NCBI GenBank assembly: GCA_031970375.1
Contig: DALYIM010000001.1
Location: 29,003 to 93,002 of the forward strand
Length of the DNA stretch: 64,000 nt
Source: Desulfuromonadaceae bacterium
GTDB taxonomy: Bacteria; Desulfobacterota; Desulfuromonadia; Geobacterales; Pseudopelobacteraceae
Direction: 5' to 3'
A program made the position numbers and the translations under genes. This document shows positions 59,440-64,000 of the stretch, piece by piece; within the stretch, counting starts at the first letter, position 1, and the number at the start of each line of letters is the position of its first letter. Under the pieces are notes generated by a model. It ran no database searches, was not told the origin of the DNA, and saw only the letters and a program-made list of their open reading frames with translations.

Positions 59440-61851
59440 TCAAACGCCATTATTGATGCGATCTGCCATCCGCTGCAGCTCGGGAGTTTCGACGCGCCAG
59501 CCGAAACCATCACTGGTTAGCTCGATGGTGCCTTCAAGGTCGGTGCGATAGAGCGTAATCCTGCGTTGCTCCATCTGGCGGACTGTCTCGGCGGACGGCA
59601 GTCCGAAGCGGTTGCCGGCTCCGGCCGAAAGCACGGCAATCCGCGGGCTGACCAGATCAAGAAAGGGATCGGACGTGCTGGTTCGGCTGCCATGATGACC
59701 GAGCTTGATCACGTCAGCCCGTACGCTGGCCCCGGTGCCCCGCAGCCGGTTCTCGGTTTCAAAACCTACATCGGCCATGAACAGCATTGAGGATCGGCGG
59801 TAATCAAGCCGGAAAACCATGGAATCCTCGTTGCTGTCACCGGAGCCTCCCGGCTCTGACTCCGGCGAAAGAACGGAAATACGGACCCCATCCGGACGCT
59901 CTACGGACATGCCGGCTGACATGACCTTCAGCGGTAGGCCGAGGGAAACAGATCGTGCCGCCAACGGCCCGGAAATGCCCCGGCCGGCTACCCATACATC
60001 ACCGACCGGCATACTCTTCAGCAGGTATTCCGCTCCACCGGCATGGTCCGGGTGGTCATGGGTCAGAATCAGAGTATCGATCCGGCACACTCCCATGCGC
60101 CGCAGGGCGGGGACCAGCACCTGCCGCCCGAAATCACGGCCCGTGTCATGCAGGTACCCCCCGCTGTCAACCAGAATGGTACCGCCGTCGGGGGTACGGA
60201 TCAGGGCCGATTCCGCCTGCCCCACACTCAGCATTAAAATGTGCAGGCGGCTGTCGCCGCGATTGACACCAGCATAATGCAGGACGACAGCGGTACAGGG
60301 AATCAGGACGGCAAACGCGGCCCTGGCCCGTCCAGACTTCATCACTGTCAGCATGACCATCAAAAGCAGAAACAGGGCCATATCGCGCTCAGACACAGCA
60401 GCCGGTCCAGCCAGGGGAAATTCGGCAAAAAGCATCACCAGACGGTTGGAAATCTCCACCAGCTGCACCGCGCACCACAAGAACGGTTGAGCGGCAGCTA
60501 TACTGACCGGCATCAGCACCAGCGCAGCAAAACCGGTCAGCACCGCTCCATAGCCAAGAATCGGCACGACCAGCAGATTTGACAGGATACCGTTTAAAGA
60601 CGCTTCACCGAAGGCATACAACACCGGCACCAGCGTTGCCAGTGACGCAGCCAGAGACGTTGCCAGAAAGACAAGAAACAGGCGTAGCCATGGCTTTATT
60701 GAGTAACGGGAGAGCATTTCGTTGAGTGGTGACACGGCCAGCACAATCCCCCACAGCGCAATAAAGGAAAGCTGAAACGACAAATCGAAAAGAATCGGGG
60801 GATGCCATGCTGTCAGAATCACCGCCGACAGCAGCAGGATAACAACCGGATCGGTTTCGCGGCCGGCGCAGAGTGCAGCTGCGCAGAGACAGAGCATCAC
60901 GACCGAGCGCGCGGTCGCGGGAGCAGCGCCGGTCAGCAGCAGGTAAGCAATCATGACCGGAATCGAAACAAGAAGGGCAAAACGGCGGATATCACAGCGG
61001 AGCACCAGGTACTCAACCCGGGATAACATCATCAGGAGCAGTACGATGATCCCTCCGGCAATAACACCGATATGAAAACCGGAAATGGAAAGGATATGGT
61101 TGACCCCTGCCCGGGTGTAGGCATCAGAAAGCGATTGCGGAATCCGGCGCTGGTCACCGATCAGTAGTGCATTAAGCACGGAAGAAACAGCCTGGTCGGG
61201 AATCGAACGCCTGATCGATTCTTGTAACAATGCGGCATAACGGTCGAAAGTCCGCAGAAAAGAATCACGGGCGGCCCCCTTGATGAGGACGATTTCGGCA
61301 GCACTGGTGACCCGTCCGGCAGCCTCGATGCCGCGCAGGGCCAGAAACTTCCTGTAGTCAAATTCTCCCGGCAGCCCGGTCGGCCGGGGTATTGTCAGTG
61401 TTGCCGGAAACCTGATCAGGTCTCCCCGGCTGACGGCCGCATCCCCGGATATGACCGTGACCAACAGGGTGCCTTCTGAACGGTGCCAGTGACGATCGCG
61501 CTTTACAGCAGTCACCTGGACGGAGAGACTGCTGCCAGCGGAACGACCGGCAGGGCGTCCGCAGACGAGACCCTCCACAGTCACCGGGTTTCGCCCCGCA
61601 TATGCAGCAATACTTCCGGGATGGACAGGGGTTTTAAGCCAGGGCTCGAGCGAAACCATTCCCAGACAGAAAAACAGCGCCACTGAAGCAGCCATAAAAT
61701 TCCATGGTCCGGTGAAACGGGCAGCGCAGCACACAAGAACAAACAGTGCCAACAAGGCAGCGGCCGGCACCCGGAACATCGTGAAGCTGGCGAAAACAGC
61801 CCCTGCGGCGAAGCCCAGGAATGGGACCAGCAGAGGCCGTTCAAAACTCAT
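59440..61851 (-). CDS. comEC: DNA internalization-related competence protein ComEC/Rec2
   Basis: 803 aa. Polytopic ComEC core plus a C-terminal MBL domain (LTHDHPDHAGG). Confidence 0.88.
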   Translation of the reverse strand: MSFERPLLVPFLGFAAGAVFASFTMFRVPAAALLALFVLVCCAARFTGPWNFMAASVALFFCLGMVSLEPWLKTPVHPGSIAAYAGRNPVTVEGLVCGRPAGRSAGSSLSVQVTAVKRDRHWHRSEGTLLVTVISGDAAVSRGDLIRFPATLTIPRPTGLPGEFDYRKFLALRGIEAAGRVTSAAEIVLIKGAARDSFLRTFDRYAALLQESIRRSIPDQAVSSVLNALLIGDQRRIPQSLSDAYTRAGVNHILSISGFHIGVIAGGIIVLLLMMLSRVEYLVLRCDIRRFALLVSIPVMIAYLLLTGAAPATARSVVMLCLCAAALCAGRETDPVVILLLSAVILTAWHPPILFDLSFQLSFIALWGIVLAVSPLNEMLSRYSIKPWLRLFLVFLATSLAASLATLVPVLYAFGEASLNGILSNLLVVPILGYGAVLTGFAALVLMPVSIAAAQPFLWCAVQLVEISNRLVMLFAEFPLAGPAAVSERDMALFLLLMVMLTVMKSGRARAAFAVLIPCTAVVLHYAGVNRGDSRLHILMLSVGQAESALIRTPDGGTILVDSGGYLHDTGRDFGRQVLVPALRRMGVCRIDTLILTHDHPDHAGGAEYLLKSMPVGDVWVAGRGISGPLAARSVSLGLPLKVMSAGMSVERPDGVRISVLSPESEPGGSGDSNEDSMVFRLDYRRSSMLFMADVGFETENRLRGTGASVRADVIKLGHHGSRTSTSDPFLDLVSPRIAVLSAGAGNRFGLPSAETVRQMEQRRITLYRTDLEGTIELTSDGFGWRVETPELQRMADRINNGV

Positions 61852-62039
61852 CGGACTATTTCCACTGCGCCGGAATCACGTCGACGCCCAGCCACAGCTC
61901 GTCGCCACGCGAATTAGCAGCAATTTTAGCAACATGGGAAAAATAATAGATAATGTTCATGCCATCTTTCCACTTGCTTTCAAAATTTTCGTGAAAATAT
62001 CATACCGGGCGGTGCTTGAAAACATTCCAATTGGGTGGT

Positions 62040-63935
62040 ATGAATAGTATCGCAAGATCAGAGTTCACTTATGTCAAACGAAAGAACCGGGACGCAATGA
62101 CGTATATGGCAGCCGCAACAGACCTGACATGTCCACCTTCAACCGATTTTGAAGACCTGAACCGGCTCTGCCTGGCCGTTGAGGAAAGCCAGCGCATCCG
62201 GCTCAAGCTGGCTGAATCGATAACCGCCGCCAATCTCTGCTTTATTGAAACCGGCAGTATCTCACGAATGGCCGCCGTGATCGCTGAAACCTGCATGAAA
62301 ATAACTGGTTCCCGACTCTGTATGATTGCCGAAACCATGCCGGGCGGCACGATTTCAATCATTTCCCTCGTTGTAGCACCGTCAGACCAGCTCGGCCATG
62401 AAACCGGTTTCTGCGATATCCAGTATGAAATCTTGCGGCATGGATGTTTTGAACTGCATCGCCATGATTCACTTTTTTTTGAAACATTAAAAGACTGTGC
62501 ACCATTTTTTTGGAACAACTCCGAAGCTGTTGCCTGGCCCACCTGTTCATGTCCGGTCTGCACCCCCCGTCTGGAAAATTTTGCCGGGATACCGCTGGTT
62601 ATCGGCTCCACCGTGACCGGTGCCATCTATTTGGCCAACCATTCCACCGAAACCATGCGTGAGAGACTGCAGGAGCTTGAAGGACACGCCCAGACGTGCG
62701 CTTTGGCACTGGCCGGCGCCCGGGCCGACCTGGAACGCAAACTGGCGCGGGAACAGCTTCGCCAGGCCCAGAAAATGGAGGCTATCGGACAGCTGGCCGG
62801 TGGGATCGCCCACGATTTCAACAACCTTTTGACTGTCATCAACGGCTACAGCACACTTCTCCTACAGAAAGTAGGCGACAACGATGCCGCCCGTCGTGAT
62901 GTTGAGCAGATCCTTGGAGCCGGTGAGCGGGCAACGACCCTGATTCGCCAGCTGCTTGCCTTCAGTCGCCGCCAGATCCTTGATCTTCAGTTATTGAATG
63001 TAAACTCGCTGATCGCCAGCCTTCACAAATTCCTCTGCCGGCTGATCGGTGAAAACATCACCCTGACAACGCGGCTTTCTCCCGAGCTGGGCATGATCAG
63101 GGCCGATGCCGGTCAGATCGAGCAGATCATCATGAATCTGGTTATCAACGCCCGCGACGCCATGGAAAACGGGGGATCAATTTTTATCGAGACCGCTGAT
63201 AAAACCATCGATGCCGGTTTTATCCGTTTCAATCCGGGTGCCATTGCCGGCGATTATGTGATGATCGCCGTCCGTGACACCGGAATGGGAATGTCGCCCG
63301 AAATTATCAACCGGATTTTCGAGCCGTTTTTCACCACCAAAGAGCAGGGTACCGGCACAGGGCTCGGGCTTGCGACCGTCTACGGCATTGTCAAGCAGAG
63401 CAACGGTTATATCCAGGTTCTGAGCGAGGTAGGACTTGGCTCTGAATTCCGGGTCTATCTTCCCCTGACGTCACAAGGTGAAGCCGCCAACCTTTCATCG
63501 CAGGACTGGAAACGGCCGCTGGATGTGCACCCCGGTGAAACCGGGCTGGTCCTGGTGGTGGAAGACGAACGGACGGTGCTGGACCTGGCGGCGATCACAC
63601 TCCGGTCCTGCGGCTTTGATGTCCTGACCGCTTCCGGCCCCCTTGAGGCGCTCAAGATTTTTGAGCGCTATGCCGGAAAGATCGATCTGCTTCTGACCGA
63701 CGTCATGATGCCGGATATGTCCGGCGTCGAACTGGCCAATCTGCTCAAGCTCAACAAACCGGAACTGAACGTGATCTTCATGTCCGGATACACCGACGAC
63801 CATCTCAAGGGTGCCCATTTCCCTGTCAAATCGGGCGACTTTGTGATGAAGCCGTTCAATCCGGTCAGCCTGGCACGGATCATCCGTGAGCGTATTTCAC
63901 CGCCGTCTGCTTCCGCATCGGAGAATCACCCATGA
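62040..63935 (+). CDS. Hybrid sensor histidine kinase/response regulator (GAF-like - HisKA - HATPase - REC)
   Basis: H-box [37 protein letters not shown], and C-terminal receiver [21 protein letters not shown]. The start is uncertain: TTG 62016, ATG 62040 or ATG 62097. Confidence 0.8.
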   Translation: MNSIARSEFTYVKRKNRDAMTYMAAATDLTCPPSTDFEDLNRLCLAVEESQRIRLKLAESITAANLCFIETGSISRMAAVIAETCMKITGSRLCMIAETMPGGTISIISLVVAPSDQLGHETGFCDIQYEILRHGCFELHRHDSLFFETLKDCAPFFWNNSEAVAWPTCSCPVCTPRLENFAGIPLVIGSTVTGAIYLANHSTETMRERLQELEGHAQTCALALAGARADLERKLAREQLRQAQKMEAIGQLAGGIAHDFNNLLTVINGYSTLLLQKVGDNDAARRDVEQILGAGERATTLIRQLLAFSRRQILDLQLLNVNSLIASLHKFLCRLIGENITLTTRLSPELGMIRADAGQIEQIIMNLVINARDAMENGGSIFIETADKTIDAGFIRFNPGAIAGDYVMIAVRDTGMGMSPEIINRIFEPFFTTKEQGTGTGLGLATVYGIVKQSNGYIQVLSEVGLGSEFRVYLPLTSQGEAANLSSQDWKRPLDVHPGETGLVLVVEDERTVLDLAAITLRSCGFDVLTASGPLEALKIFERYAGKIDLLLTDVMMPDMSGVELANLLKLNKPELNVIFMSGYTDDHLKGAHFPVKSGDFVMKPFNPVSLARIIRERISPPSASASENHP

Positions 63936-64000
63936 ATGAAACCATTCTTATTGTTGATGATGAAGAAATGATTCGCGACCTGCTTTCCTCGGCTCTCGGC
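63932..64000 (+). CDS. Response regulator receiver, N-terminal fragment (runs off the right edge)
   Basis: Manual translation gives [23 protein letters not shown]. Its ATG overlaps the kinase stop (ATGA). Confidence 0.6.
   Translation, partial: MNETILIVDDEEMIRDLLSSALG

Noticed and set aside
61856-61960. 34-codon minus-strand ORF (MNIIYYFSHVAKIAANSRGDELWLGVDVIPAQWK) ending 5 nt upstream of the comEC start
   Set aside because: It has only a weak RBS (GGAAAG-like), no recognisable family and is small. It could be a leader or uORF, but I cannot support it from the sequence alone.

Overview
Densely coding, GC-rich bacterial chromosome segment. It carries about 60 protein genes, most on the minus strand, many with 4-8 nt start/stop overlaps, and almost all are housekeeping. 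In coordinate order:
- recJ (partial), then TPR-secF-secD-yajC-tgt-queA and a SpoIID-like gene
- a ccoG-ccoI-ccoS copper-delivery module
- ispB-tlpA-ccdA-VOC and a DEAD-box helicase
- a zinc-ribbon membrane protein plus a CcsA-like heme-handling protein, divergent from a DUF4388 protein plus a PilT ATPase
- an orphan solute-binding protein, acnB, and M50 protease-trpS-scpA-scpB-Memo
- a Tat-exported two-subunit molybdenum hydroxylase operon with xdhC and mocA, then a TMEM175-like channel
- sigma54-driven glnB-glnA, a PilZ protein, and an M23 peptidase plus an aldolase-II-like protein
- rlmB-pyrF-pyrE-purF-purQ-purL, OmpA/DUF4398/MscS envelope genes, purB and an MBL hydrolase
- xerD-sensor kinase-glnD, hisS, REC-GGDEF, comEC, and a hybrid kinase plus response regulator

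Gene content and order are reminiscent of an anaerobic Desulfuromonadales/Geobacter-like deltaproteobacterium; this is inference only. I found no rRNA, tRNA, CRISPR array, IS element, integrase-bounded island or recognisable defence system, so this reads as core genome rather than accessory.

The most unusual item is an unannotated 29-codon membrane-peptide ORF at 11353. It ends in TGA and is followed by a SECIS-like hairpin and an open in-frame extension carrying a U-x4-C pair, so it is a candidate small selenoprotein next to the copper and thiol maturation genes. Secondary candidates are the divergent four-gene locus (zinc-ribbon/CcsA-like versus DUF4388/PilT), the M23 plus tandem aldolase-II-like pair, the ccoH-less ccoGIS module, and several promoter, operator and terminator structures. 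All functional calls rest on motif recognition by eye; no database search was run.
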